A stretch of DNA of 63,362 bases, the filler included, from Reclinomonas americana ATCC 50394 (taxonomy: Eukaryota), in the NCBI GenBank assembly GCA_048213135.1. It is 6 parts of 3 records of this genome, joined end to end, with 100 filler letters (N's around TTAATTAATTAA, not from the genome) between each part and the next. Parts side by side here need not be neighbours in the genome. Positions count along the whole stretch, not along the records: positions 1 to 18,181 come from PS015716.1; positions 18,282 to 27,209 come from PS015717.1; 4 more parts are not named here. The stretch is one strand, 5' to 3'. The translations under genes were made by a program, and so were the position numbers. The notes beneath the pieces were generated by a model. The model searched no databases. It was not told the DNA's origin and worked only from the letters and a program-made list of their open reading frames with translations. Of the stretch, positions 11,924 through 24,306 are shown piece after piece (the stretch's first letter is position 1; each line of letters opens with the position of its first letter).

Positions 11924-14900
11924 ATGGTGATCCTTGCTCTCCTGTATACGTTCCTCGCCATCCTCGGCACTTGGTTCGCATTCAGGGTCTTCCTCCCTGT
12001 GCTACCGCAGCCTCCGCAGGCGGCGGCCGATGGCGCCTCAGCTGCTGATGCCAGAAGTAACAACAACAACAACAAGGGAAATGCCGACGCAGACAACACA
12101 TCGCCAGGTGACTCTTCTACTGCCGTACGAGCTGCCACTGCCGCTGCTGCCTCCACTGCCTCTGCCTCTCCTGCCGCTTCGGCTGCCGCCGCTGCTGCTG
12201 CCGCCAACGCCAGACGAGGGGCTGCCGGTGGTGCTGGCAATCGGAAGGTGCAGGGATGTGGGGGACGGAAAAATTTATTGAGTGCTGCCAAGTCGCCCAC
12301 TCTTGCATTCCACTCAGACTCCAGCAACAGCGGCTGCAGGCGAACCTGTGATTGCATCGACGTTCACTTTGCAGCATCGTGGAAGACAGAAGCAGGCGCC
12401 AGTGCTGCTGAGTGTGCGCGTGCGTAATGCAGTGGTGGCAGACCGTGTGTGCGGTTCGGTGGATCCGTTTTGCATGGTCGGTGTCGCAGCCAACCGGTCC
12501 CGTGCGGATCACCGTGTTGCGTCACCATTGTTACTACGACATGTTCCCCCGTGTGTGTGACTGAGCACTTCGTCAAACAGCGACCAATGCACATCATTTT
12601 TGTGATTGATCGAAGTGGCAGCATGCGGGACCCCGCACTGCATGCTTCTGGTGACATCGTAGTCAGCAAAACGATGCAGGTGCAGGAGACTCTTCGACAG
12701 TTGCTGCTCGTTCCACACTGCACTGGTAATGTGGTGTCGCCACAATGGTTCCCTTGCAGGCCATGTCTCCTCATATACATGCAATCGCCTGTAGAGGTGC
12801 TGTTGCCGCGGCGGGCGGAGTCCTCGGCAAACGCCGACGGTCATCATCTTGTCAGCTTGATCGCCTTCTCTAGCATCGTATCACAGCCACAGAACGCCAT
12901 CACTCGAGATGGTGATGTCTCCGGTGTGGTGGTAAACGACTTCCTCGACCACACACTGGCACGGAGCATCGGTGACACCTCTGCGTTCTTCACCGCACTG
13001 GAACGGGGTATTCACGAGTCGACACGTTAGTTCGCCCGTGAGGTGTTGCATCACAATCAAGCAGCCGACCCATTAACAACCGACGGTCTCCCTTTCTGTC
13101 ACTGCAGACACTCTCTCGACGCACACACCCTGTGTGGTCTTCCTCACCGACGGACTTCCGACTTTGTATGAGGGCGAGGTCGACGACGTAACAGATGCTT
13201 TCCTAGACCGGCACCAACGTTTCCATCGCGATTACAAGGGAGTCGACAGTGCCTACATTCGGTTGTGCATACTTGGCTACTTCGCCTCAAAGGAGGAGAG
13301 CACTGAGGGTGCGTGTATCTTTGCATGTTGTTGAGTTGATGAACGCTCACGAGCTCCTCTACACCTTCACAAAGGTGGTAACTTGCTCCGTCGTATCCGC
13401 AACCACTTCGATGGACACTATGTCGATGTGGCCAACTCTCCGAGTGTCGACCAGGCTGTGGGCCGCGCTCTGGACTGGATTCTTGCTGTGGTGTTGCCAC
13501 GCACAGAGCTCGTCATCGAAATTGCCACTGCAGCAGGTGAGTAGTTATTCACATGGAGGCTGTATTCTCCTTTCATCAACCTGGAATCTGTCTTGTAACC
13601 ACCACGCTCTCGCACTCAAAAGATCAAGATGGCGAATCCGACGTTGACGTCGATGGTGCCACTCAGCTGCCTGCGAGTGACTACGTTGATCAAGTCCTCG
13701 CCAGTTCGGTGTCAGTGCGACCAGACGAGTCGTCGTCGAATAGCATTCGAATTCGCCTCCCGCCAGTGTACTACGGTGCTGAGGTGCCTGTCGTTATGCG
13801 ACTGCGTATGCGTCAACGGGCCGGGGAAGGAGACGCCGAGGCCAGTCACGAAGGTGATTTCTACCAGTTTTGACCAGGCGCAGCAGTGGGGTGAAGGAAC
13901 CAACAGCGTCTATGGTGTGCAGGTCCCATTCAAGTGCGCTACAAATTGCTCGATGCGGAGAGTGGAGATCGCGTTCTCGGATGTGGCAGCTCGCGACCGC
14001 TTTTTGCAACGCAGGCGCCGGCTGCAGCTCCGCCGCCCGTTGGTGCGTGATGTACAATCTTAGATCGCAGTAGCAGTCGCCGTTTGACTCAGATGGTGTC
14101 TTTCAGTCGGTGACGTCCAGCAGCCAGCGACCGAGGACGAGGTAGCCATTCGCAGTGCTGTTTTGGAGTTCCGACTGCAGCAGATGCTTCATGAAGCAGT
14201 TGTGGATCGACATGTCATGTATCACCCGGGGAGTGTACGCCGGTATGTTCCTCGAGCTAACCTGCAGTGTGTCGTGACTCCTATAGTGACCCACATTGAC
14301 CTCGCATATGCGACAGAGAGACAACTATCGATGACGCTGTCCCACCCAGTGTGCCGACGGTTCCCGACCTTCCACCGCAGTTGCAACGGCGCAAGCAGGA
14401 GAGTGATCGCGCTTACAGAATGCGCATCCGCGACGTTGTCGAAGAAGAAGTCCACGACATATCGCAGCTGGAGCCACACGCCGCCGCTGACGATGAGCGA
14501 ATGCAGGACGCGGTCAGAGCGGTAACCAGTCGTTGAACTCCAGATCCTTCTCAGATAAGCAAAGTTGATGCCTTGTCTTGTTGTGCGCAGCGCCTTTGCG
14601 TCATCGACACGGTCACCACAATGTCGACACTGGCTGACTTCGAGTCGGACCAGTGCAAGCAGCGCTTGTTCGCGACGGATTCAGCACTGAGTGGATTGCA
14701 GGCGCGACTAAGCGATCTTCGTTGCGTGTGCGCGCGCTGCGGAAGCTCTTTTCACAACACACCCAAACAAGTCACCATTGCTGACCTGTGTTACAGGCTC
14801 CAACCGTGTGTGGAAAATCAAATTGGAGCAGGTATCCTTCTCTTGATTGCATCTGTTTTTGTAGTTGCAGGTGTTAACTTGCACATTGCTGCGTTCTACA

Positions 14901-16596
14901 TCTACAGATTGCACCACCATTCGACGCATCACGCATGTTGGCCGAAGGAGGCAATGCTGACGTTGTCGGCGCAGTGGTAGGCACAGTGGACGGTGAAGTA
15001 ACGTGCCGTCTCAGCGTGGAAGACTGGGCGGACCCTGCGCAACCCCAGCTGAATCCGATCGGTTGGACTGCCCAACTGGACGCCACCAGCTGTGTTTCCT
15101 GTGTGCCGGAGGTCGTGCAGTCGGCGGATGGAAGCCCGCAGATTCTGCGGATGCGACTGCCCACCAAGGTACACAACTTCCGGAGGTGGTCGTGGTGACT
15201 TGCTGACTCTGCTCTTACTTGCTGCTGCCTGCCTGTGCGTCGTCAGTCAATGTCGAGGAAACTGTGTGGACTCCGAGTGTCAATCAACGGTACCGATGAA
15301 TCGCAGCCCACACAAGAGCGTGTCGTATCCGTCTTGTTCGACGTGAAAGCCGGTAGGCGACTCTTGCATCGCTTCCTTGTTGTTTGTGATATCTGCTCAC
15401 AATGTTTCACCTGACAAAGCTGAGGTTGCCACTATCGCTCTGTTCAAACGGTCAGTGACTTCTCGCGCGTGCACTCTCTCATGAAACGCAGTCCATCGCT
15501 GAGACAAACTACTGCTTAATCGCAGAAATCCGACGAGCGGAATCACTCTTGGATTGAATCGCACAGCGGCAGATCACCCGTTGTCGAGGGCGATTAGAGT
15601 AGTGTTGCAAGACAAATATGGGAACATGCTCGGCATGGACTCGTTGTCGAACTGTGATTCACAGTCGTGCGTCACGTGTTTACTGTGAGCAGCATGGGTC
15701 GTACGTTTGTCTTCTAACTTGAACACGGTGCAGAGTGCGCTGCTTCTTCGAAGAACAAGGGGTTTGTTTGTACATGCTGTCTGTACGCACGGGGATTGAT
15801 AAACATCGGATCTGGTCTGATAACTGTGCTGAACACAGACGCAAGCAACAGAACCGCTGCTCGTCACCTACGGCGACGATGGCGACGACGATGATGCACG
15901 TGAACTCGAGAACGTTGCACTCATGAAAGTCGCCTTCCCAGACGACGGCTTGTTCCGCGCAGAGGAATACACGGACATTTCCCGCAAGTTCAAGAAAGTG
16001 CACGGAAAACTGGTGACCGAGTTGGACGGTGGACGGCGTCTTGAATCGGCCTCGTTTTTGGTCAGAGTGGAACAACGTTGCGAACCGAGTGTGTTTTCTC
16101 GCAAATTCCCACAGGATATTATTTCTCATCATGTATATGATGATCATCTGCATGCGCAGGCGAAAGGGCGGTTGTTGAGGTCAGTGGTTTGCGAGGCTCG
16201 CTGAAACCGATTGGTGCTCGGAGGTCGCCGGCACCAGTTTCTCCCTCTGTTCCTGTTTCCCCTGGACAATCATCACCGCAGCAGCTCGGCACTGTATTCG
16301 CGGTTACTGCTGTAGACGAGAAGGAGGAAGTGGCTTCCTTGCGAGGGAAGTTGAAACCGAGAGGGTCTCTCGGATCGACAGTCTCCTTACCCTCTGCACT
16401 CGACTCGTCGAGCTCTCCCGGCGCCGACTCCAGTGCTGGTGGACATGTATTACCACGCACCGCCGCTACTAGTATTGCTGCTGTTGCTGCTGCGCCGGCG
16501 ATTGATGTCGCAAGTCTGCGCGCGACGCTGAAACCGAGTGGCTCACTCGGGTCGCCAAGCTCTTCCCCAGCTGGCAGCGGAAGCCCCCCGCCATAA
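11924..16596 (+). CDS. N-terminally membrane-anchored vWA-domain protein with an Ig/filamin-like segment and C-terminal LRxxLKP repeats
   Basis: Transmembrane segment MVILALLYTFLAILGTWFAF, MIDAS motif IIFVIDRSGSM, VVFLTDG and VVLQDKYGN. Many GT-AG introns; exon structure is approximate. Confidence 0.7.
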
Positions 16597-16904
16597 ACAC
16601 TGCATGCGGCGAAACGTACGTGTAGTTTTATCGTGAGTCAACATCAGCAACTCAACAGCTGTTTCATCCGCATGATAAGCGTCGTTGAAGGAGGATGGTT
16701 TCGATATGTTCGTTCCCTTATGAGTGAGCCGAACCGTTCTTGGTGCGCCGCGTTGCTGACTTCTTTGCGTCTCGCAGCAACTTCAGCAAGGTGATAAACA
16801 CTTTAGTTCGATCGGGATAGTACAGCGTAGAAATCGCAGCGACGTGTGATAGGCGCGCGCGCGCCAGTTGCAATCGAAATCGATGTCGATATTGAGATAC
16901 AGGT

Positions 16905-17095
16905 TGTAACATTCGCCACGCCCCCCCTTTTTTCGTCATTTCCGAAAACACATATATCGGCCCCTGGTGACCGGGTGACGGGTTTCTCGACGGAGCACGG
17001 GTCAAGGGTCAAGGGTAAAGGGGTAGAGAACAACTAGAGAGTCACACTACAAGGGTATCAAAAGATAAGGTGGGGGGGGCGTGGGGTGCGTAACA
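16905..17095. mobile_element. 191-bp non-autonomous element (Ginger-like MITE or solo LTR)
   Basis: Begins TGTAAC and ends GTAACA. Imperfect terminal inverted repeats TGTAACATTCGCCACGCCCCCCC and GGGGGGGCGTGGGGTGCGTAACA. Flanked by the direct repeat AGGT at 16901-16904 and 17096-17099. Confidence 0.7.
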
Positions 17096-17302
17096 AGGTG
17101 ATACTGTAGTTGTAGCCTCGGTCTTCTTTTCCGCTTGATCGGTGATCTTGACGCTGCTGCGTATGCTTCTCTGATCAGTAGTTTGTTATAGTTGCATTCC
17201 CATGCAGATGAGCAAGCCTTCCAGCAAAAACTGGACCTTTAAATTTACTTCATCAGACGCCCGTTCAACGAAACTTGACAAACTCCCTATCTTCCTCGCA
17301 AC

Positions 17303-18181
17303 ATGGCCTCCGCAGGTGCACTCGATCCCCACCCACCCATCCACCCACCACCGCGCACCTCCCCAACTCACCCTCGTCCCACACCCCGCAGATGCATCAC
17401 CTCGCAGCACCTCCCCCATGATCCCCTTGTCTCCCGCGCAATCGTCGCCCGCCAACAACGCCTCACGCGCCGGTGTCGCCACGGCTGCCGCCACTCACAA
17501 CGATTTCGACGATGACGACGACGATGATGAGGGTGGTGGTGGTGGTGGCGACGAACATGACGACGGTGTTGGTCTCGGGAGTGGTGGTGGTCGTCGAACT
17601 CTGCCATTCTCATTGTTTCGTGTGTGTGTGATGTTCCTCTCTCTCTCTCTCTGTCGTTCACGCTGAGAGTGTGCGCGCAGAGATGCTTCGCGCGAGAACA
17701 GTCGCTCTGGCATCGACGAAGAGGATCACACACCGTTGCCGAGCGATGGGAGATTACGATTGCCGCCATTGCAGCGATGTTGCGCGCGTGTGCTCGCCAC
17801 GCGAGGAGAGAGATGCCATGCACTTACACACACTCTCTTTCTTCTTGCGCACAGCCGCGCTCGCCTCATCCGCCGCCTCGTCGACCCGATTGCAGCAAGC
17901 ACGATCGCACCCACTCGCTCATCTCGGATTGGACGAGGAAGACATTGTGGCACCGTCGCGACGGCGGCGAGGCCGTGGACCTCGCAACGAGTTCGACGTG
18001 GAAGGGAGTGCACCGGTGACGGTGGGCGACGGTGGTCAACGCACCCGCCGGAGGGAGCTCAAGTTTGTGGAGGGTGAGTTGTCTACGAAACATCGCTGCA
18101 CAGCCATCTCTCTCACGATTCCCCTGCTGTCGGTGTGTGCGTACACGCTGGCAGGTGAGACAGGTGGCTTTCGACAACTGC
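17303..18181 (+). CDS. Low-complexity protein of unknown function, 3'-truncated at the scaffold end
   Basis: MASA|DASPRSTSP, then an acidic/Gly tract and further spliced exons to RELKFVEG|ETGGFRQL. Confidence 0.5.
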
Positions 18182-18281
18182 NNNNNNNNNNNNNNNNNNN
18201 NNNNNNNNNNNNNNNNNNNNNNNNNTTAATTAATTAANNNNNNNNNNNNNNNNNNNNNNNNNNNNNNNNNNNNNNNNNNNN
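18182..18281. other. Artificial scaffold linker (N44-TTAATTAATTAA-N44)
   Basis: All-frame stop 12-mer at 18226-18237 embedded in Ns. The identical structure occurs five times in the window. Confidence 0.97.
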
Positions 18282-18282
18282 G

Positions 18283-18489
18283 GCAAGAGCAGGCACGCAC
18301 TTGCGACAGGATGAAGATGTTTTCCGAGATAAACAAGAGCTGCTGTTCGGAGAAGATAAAGTCGAGCAGGCTGAGAATGTTGTCCACGTCGAGACTGCCG
18401 ACCAGCGTCTTGAAGTCGACCTGCGTGACGATGACAGAGTTCATGTCAGCTTCTCCACATTCTCGCCATCTCCATGTGCTGCTTTGGTG

Positions 18490-18528
<39 letters not shown>

Positions 18529-19499
18529 TTCTCTTCTCTCTCTCCCTCTCTTTCTCTCTCTCTCTCCCTCTCCTTCTCTCCCTCTCTCTCCACGCACATC
18601 AGCAATCGGATAATCGTCTGCGCCAGGGCACGGGAACGCGATCTTGCTGATGCCGACCGAGATGGTGCGACCGGTCTTGCACGGGAAGGGGACAGACAGG
18701 GCGTGATAGATTTGCTCGCTGACACGCACTGCGCACACCCAAGACGTCAGACAGGGAGAGACCACAAAACACGCGCAGAGGATGCGTCGACGCACATCCA
18801 AACTTGGAACGCGGAGGCTGTGAGTTGAGGAACGCGCCAAAGAATCGGCCAAATCGCATAAAGTACTGCCAATGCGACACGATGCACAAGGCCACTGGCA
18901 CATACAACGCCCGGTAGCGCACACCACTGCACCACACAACGCGGTCAGTCGCCCCGTTGCAACCTCTCTCCCCCGTGCACACGCAGTCGCGCACCTGTCT
19001 CTCGCCGCCTCATTGACCGTGTTGATAAACTCGCGTGACATGCGCGAGTAGCGAATCAAGCAGAAGCCGTAGAAACGATGCCCATCCAGCTCCGTCATCA
19101 CAAAGCTATGGTACCGCGTCCCGAGGCGCCGATCCGTGAACGAGATGCCATTCTGAAAAAAAACTCATTGAGGCGCAGCAGACTACACAGCGAGAGAAGC
19201 ACATGATGTTGATCGCACCGGAAAGTTGAAGGCGTGGCTGAACTCGGGCAATGTGAAATCGGCGTGATCCGTGGACGGAACGCGGGCATTGATCTCGGGA
19301 TCAAAGGTCACAGCAGGATCCAGCAGCGTCGATGCGACTATTACACAAAGTAAGTTGCTGTTTTCGTGACCAAGAACAACACGCAGACTCGCACACGAGA
19401 GGGGGACTCACTCTCGGGCTTGCTCTTGAGCGAGTTGAAGAAGCTGTCGCCCAGGCCCACCGTGACTACATAGTCAACCAGGCGGTCTGCATATGTCAT
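18283..19499 (-). CDS. DENN-domain protein (Rab GEF family), 3'-truncated
   Basis: uDENN motifs RLVDYVVTVG and HSFVMTELDGHRFYGFCL. Core DENN motifs YVPVALCIVSHWQY and VDFKTLVGSLDVDNILSLLDFIFSEQQLLFISENIFILS. Start codon uncertain. Confidence 0.85.
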
Positions 19500-19825
19500 C
19501 CATGGATAAATTGAGCAAGCAGTATACCATCTCTCCTCTCTCTGCGTGTGTGCGTGTCAGTGCACTCCTCTCTCCTCGGTACTCTCCATCTGATGCACGC
19601 ATGCACACGAGATGGACGTGTGTCTGTCTGTTTTTCTCTCTCCTTCTAGTCATGAGCATCTCCGCGCACCTCGGCGCCCCCTCTCTCTCTTTCTCTCGCC
19701 TTCCCTTACTCCCTGTCGCTTAACAACACGCACCTGGTCGCGACCGAGAGCTCATTCTCCCTCTCTCTCGCTCTCTGTCACTCTCAAGCACACACAGGAC
19801 GACGATTGCCAATGCGACGTTCATT

Positions 19826-20900
19826 CTACCTCGGTGGCAGCTTGTGCACGAGACGAAGCCGTGCGGATCTGGCCGACGGATTCTCCGCCACCTCTGCATC
19901 ACGCGGTCTCTTCACCGGCAACACTTTGAAGGCGCCTTCGCTGTTGCTTTCGCGACAAACGTCGCACACGGTGCGATCCTCCAGCGAGTGGTACGTGACG
20001 ACAGCCAGCACACCGCCGGGAGCGAGGCATTCAAGAGCAGCCCGCGTGCCACGCTGCAGCTCGCCGAGCTCGTCGTTGACGTACATGCGCAGCGCCTGAA
20101 AGGTCCGCGTGGCCACATGCCGTCCGGTCTGCTGCGCACTGCGCGGCACCGCCACGCTCACCGCCTGTACGAGCTCCTGGGTGGTACGTAGCCGTCCATC
20201 CGGTGCCGCCTCTCGCGCCGTCACAATACTCCGAGCAATCGGCCAGGCGAACTTCTCCTCGCCCAGCTGTACATGGCGAGTGTGAGCGATTCACCTGCAG
20301 CTGTCTCACAAACGCGCGACTGCACACCTCACGAATGATGCGTGCCAGTTGCGCCGTGTCCAACGAGTTGACCACATCAGCCGCCGTGGCCTCGGCATCC
20401 GGTCCCATGCGCATATCGAGCGGTCCATCGCGCTCCCGCATGAACGAGAATCCGCGCTCCGCGTGCACCAGCTGCTGCGTGCTGACGCCCAGATCAAACA
20501 CCACAGCATCCACACTGCCGATGCCGACGCATCCTCGTGAGCACAAGACCTCGTACACAAAGACAGCGAGCGGGAGAGAGACGACGCACGTGTTTGGGGC
20601 ACAATGCGCGGCCAGACGACTGAACCGATCGTGCACGAGGCGGAAGCGATGGGCGCCAAACTCGGCCTCCACTGCCGCCCGCGCCACTTGCACCTCGGCA
20701 CTCCACGAGTCGCGATCAATGGCCAGCACCGATGCCTGCACCGACGCTGTCGACTGCAGCAGAGCGCGCGTGTATCCGCCACAGCCAAACGTGCAGTCGA
20801 CGATCAACGCTGCTCGGGGGTGGAAGTGGTGTTGACCGCTGCCTGTTACATAGCGCGACACAACAGAGACGACTTCGCCAAGAAGCACGGGGACGTGCAT
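19826..20900 (-). CDS. METTL15: rRNA small-subunit m4C methyltransferase (RsmH/MraW, METTL15 family)
   Basis: Motifs HVPVLLGEV, VDCTFGCGGYT, FDLGVSTQQL, RGFSF...DGPLDMRM, HVATRTFQALRMYVNDEL, YHSLEDR and ENPSARSARLR. May start at the upstream in-frame ATG at 21089. Confidence 0.93.
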
Positions 20901-20965
20901 GAATGAGACGGAGGCCGACGGACGACGGAGACAGACTCGCGCTCGTGACTGTCTGCTTTTTTGTG

Positions 20966-23900
20966 ATGGACGAGAGCGCCAGTGCGCTCGCCGCACACGC
21001 GGTGATGCACTTCCGGCAGCGCGACTATGTGCACGCGTTGGAGGCACTGCGGCGACTTGCGCGCGCCACCAGCACCACACTCTCCTCATCCTCCACGACA
21101 ACAACAACAACAACAAGTACGACAACAACAGGAACAGTGGCTTCTGCTGCTGCTGCTGCTGCTGCGCCAGTGTCGTCGAATGGTGCCAGTGGAGGGCAGT
21201 CGGCGGCAACGACTGCGGCGGCGGCGGCGGCGGCGGCGGCTGCGCGCGAGAGTGATCGCGTGGCGGGGGTCGACACCAAGATCGTGCACAATGCCGCTGG
21301 TTAGTGTCTCAGTGTGTGTCTATGAGAAACACACGCGCGCTCTCTCTTCTCTTCTCTATTCACTCACACGCGTGATTGATTGGATTCGCACACCAGTGTG
21401 CGAGTTCTATCGCGACGGGTGTCAGGAGACGAGCAAGTTGCTGACCAAGTTGCAGAAGCTCGTGGGGCGCACCTACAAGCGAGGTGTGTGTGTACATGTT
21501 GTCGCTCTGGCTTTGCTGTTTCTCTTGTTGTTGTTGTTGTTGTTGATTTGACCACGCAGAAACCGAGGGCATGTACGATGATCCGGAGCTGAGTGTGTTG
21601 CTGTACAACCTGGCGTGTCTGTACATGCAGCTCAAGCAGTACGCGGAGGCGGCGGCGGTGCTGGAGGCGCTGTTTCGGGCGACGCCGGGGGCGCTGAATG
21701 AGAGCATTCTGTTGCGGGTCGGTGCGCTGCTGCTTGACATGCTGCTGACCATGGCGGAGAATGTGTCGTGGTTTCGTGTGGCGGCGCTCTGCCGTCGTGT
21801 CCAACCGCTGCTCGATGCGCTGGAGAGCAGTGCGGCGACGTTGGATGTGGAGGTGTGTACTGTCATCCATTCGAGTCATGCGCTCCCTCACTCACACGAT
21901 CGCTCAGTCCAACTCGAGATCGAGTGCCGCTGCTCGGAACGGTGTGTTGAGCTGCCCTGCTGCCTCTCTCTCTCTCTTTGTGCTCTTTATGCTCACTATC
22001 GTCGGGGCTCGCCAGCGACTGCTGTCCGTGCCGTGTCGCCCACGCTGTCGACAGTCGCCTTTTCTGGCCCCGAATTGCGCTTCCTGCTGCACATGTGCCG
22101 CGCGCGGCTCCAGCTGCTGATGCGCGACGCGGCATCGGCGCGTGGTGAGCTGCAGCTGGCCAGCGGGCAACTCGGTGCACCATCGGATCCGTTGCATGCG
22201 CTGCACCGACACGCCACCGTGCTGCTGTCGGCACATGTGGAGTTTGTCAGCGGCAATCCACGCAATGCCCTCGCCATTCTCGCGCCTAACGGCTCACCGC
22301 TGTTGTCACCGCCAAGCGCGCTGCCGCCCTCCGATGTCGCTGGTGAGCGCCTTTCAACATGCCCCACGTGTCACAGCTGCTCATGCGTTGCGCTCCACAA
22401 CAGATGCCAATGCCTCGACGGCCTTGTCGGTCGTCTACCTCAATAATATTGGCTGCGTGCACTATGCGATGCGTGGTCCGCGCTCGGCTGCGCATTTCTT
22501 CCGCCAGGCACTCGAGCACTGGGACCGTCACGTGCATGGTACGCTGACAGTCGTTGGTGGCGGTCGGTCGGTCATCCTGCGTCATCCTCTGCTCACAACA
22601 TGGGCATTCACACGCACAGCCGGTGCCAGTATGGCCGTGGTCTCGTCGTTTACCCGCGACCGCAAATGTGAAATCATGTACAATTATGGCCTGCAGCTCT
22701 TGCTAATCGGCAAGGCACATGAGGTTGGTTTTTTTAGATTTCTCGTGGCGCAAGTGGATTGGTTCTGACAGGTGTGCTCGGCGCAGGCTTTCGAATGCTT
22801 GCAATTTTCTTCTCTGTTGCTCGGGAGGAGACCACGACTGTGGTTGAGATTAGCTGAATGCTGCATTGCGTTGCATGCAGCCAAGGTCAGAACATTCTCC
22901 CCTGCATTTCTCAGTTCCCTCTCTCCGTGTGCTCACACGGGTGTTGCAGGCCGAGGGGCAACGATCATCCAGGTCCGGCAAACTGTGGACCACGACCTTG
23001 TCTGTGCGAGGTCACGTCGCGCATTGCCTTCCACCGGCGTCTGTGGTGTCGGATGGCATTGTTGCGGACTCGGAGCCGCTGGTCGACGAGAGTGCACGCC
23101 CCGTGGTATTCAGGTGCGATCCTCTTCCATGCCACTCTTTTTGTTGTGGAGCTTCGTCACGAAACCCCTGGTTCGTCTGCAGAGCACGTGACGGCGCGGT
23201 GTTGAGCTTGCCGAAACCGTCCCTCGAATACGCCGCCTCGTGTCTGCAGACGTGCCTGGCACTGATCACGAGTCTCGAACAACAGCAGCAATACGTTTCG
23301 TAAGCTCGCTGTGGGTGGGCGTTGCTGCTGTTGCTGATTGTTCTGTTTGTTTAGGATCCGGAGACGGCGGCGAGTGTCGCCTCTGCCGCTGCGCTCGAGT
23401 CGCAGGAGCTTGCATTGGTGCAGACAGCATGTCTGCTGCGCTTGGTGTACATTGCCCTGTGTCAGCACGATCCGTCGGTGGCACTCGCACTGTGTCGTCG
23501 ACTGGTGGCCTCACCGCCCCCGGATGTCGACTCGAGGTGCTGTAAGCATGTGTTTCTTATTGGGCGCGCCAGTGATCGCTCACTCTTCTCGCGCAGAATA
23601 CTGGTGCATCTGTATGCCGCCGAAGCCCTTCTCATGCTTGAACAAGTCGATGCCGCACTGGGACTTTTGTATCCACTCCCGGAAGTTGCGTGTGCCTCGA
23701 AACGTGTGCACTCGCCGTGTGTCGTGCTCATCGGTTGTGGTTGCAGGCATTCGCTGCCGTGGTGCCGGCGGCCGCCGACGAGACATCACTCACCGTACGA
23801 CTGGCCACGTATTGCAATCTGGCCGCCGCATTCACAGAAAAGGTGTGTCAGCAATGCAGCAGATTCCACTGCGTCGACAGTCGCTCACGCTCCACAGGGA

Positions 23901-24130
23901 CAACTGGACGCCGCTCGACGATGTCTCACTGCGGCTCTGCGTCTCTCACCGTCCTACGCACCGGCTCTGCTCAGTCTCGTGCACGTTGAACTGCGAGCCG
24001 GTGTGTGTCCATGCTGTCGATCACACACAATTTCCGTCATCAAGTATCTCACACATTGTTTGTTGCAGAGAATCCCGCGGCAGCACTGCAAATCCTGCAG
24101 CAGCAACGACCGCCACCAACATCCTACTGA
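20966..24130 (+). CDS. CNOT10: CCR4-NOT complex subunit 10 (TPR protein)
   Basis: Motifs DTKIVHNAAVCEFY, LLYNLACLYMQLKQY, YLNNIGCVHY, EIMYNYGLQLL, RPRLWLRLAECCIA and HLYAAEALLML. Confidence 0.88.
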
Positions 24131-24306
24131 ACAGAGTGAACTCTTTCGTATGTGTGCACCACAGATTTTTCACATGTCCACTAATCAACTGCCTCACACA
24201 CAAACACACTAAAGAAAAAAAGAAACCCGCCTCCCCTCTCTCCCACTTTTCTCGCCAACAGCCTAGCTAGTGTCGTCACACTGGATTATGATGAGGTTGA
24301 GTGTGC

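Noticed and set aside
16999..17023. GGGTCAA repeats as a telomere
   Set aside because: Only three imperfect units, located inside a small element bounded by a target-site duplication.
18226..18237. TTAATTAATTAA as a biological repeat or CRISPR-like unit
   Set aside because: It is always centred in exactly 44+44 Ns, so it is a synthetic linker.
19826..20900. Bacterial contamination (rsmH)
   Set aside because: The gene contains spliceosomal introns and abuts CNOT10.
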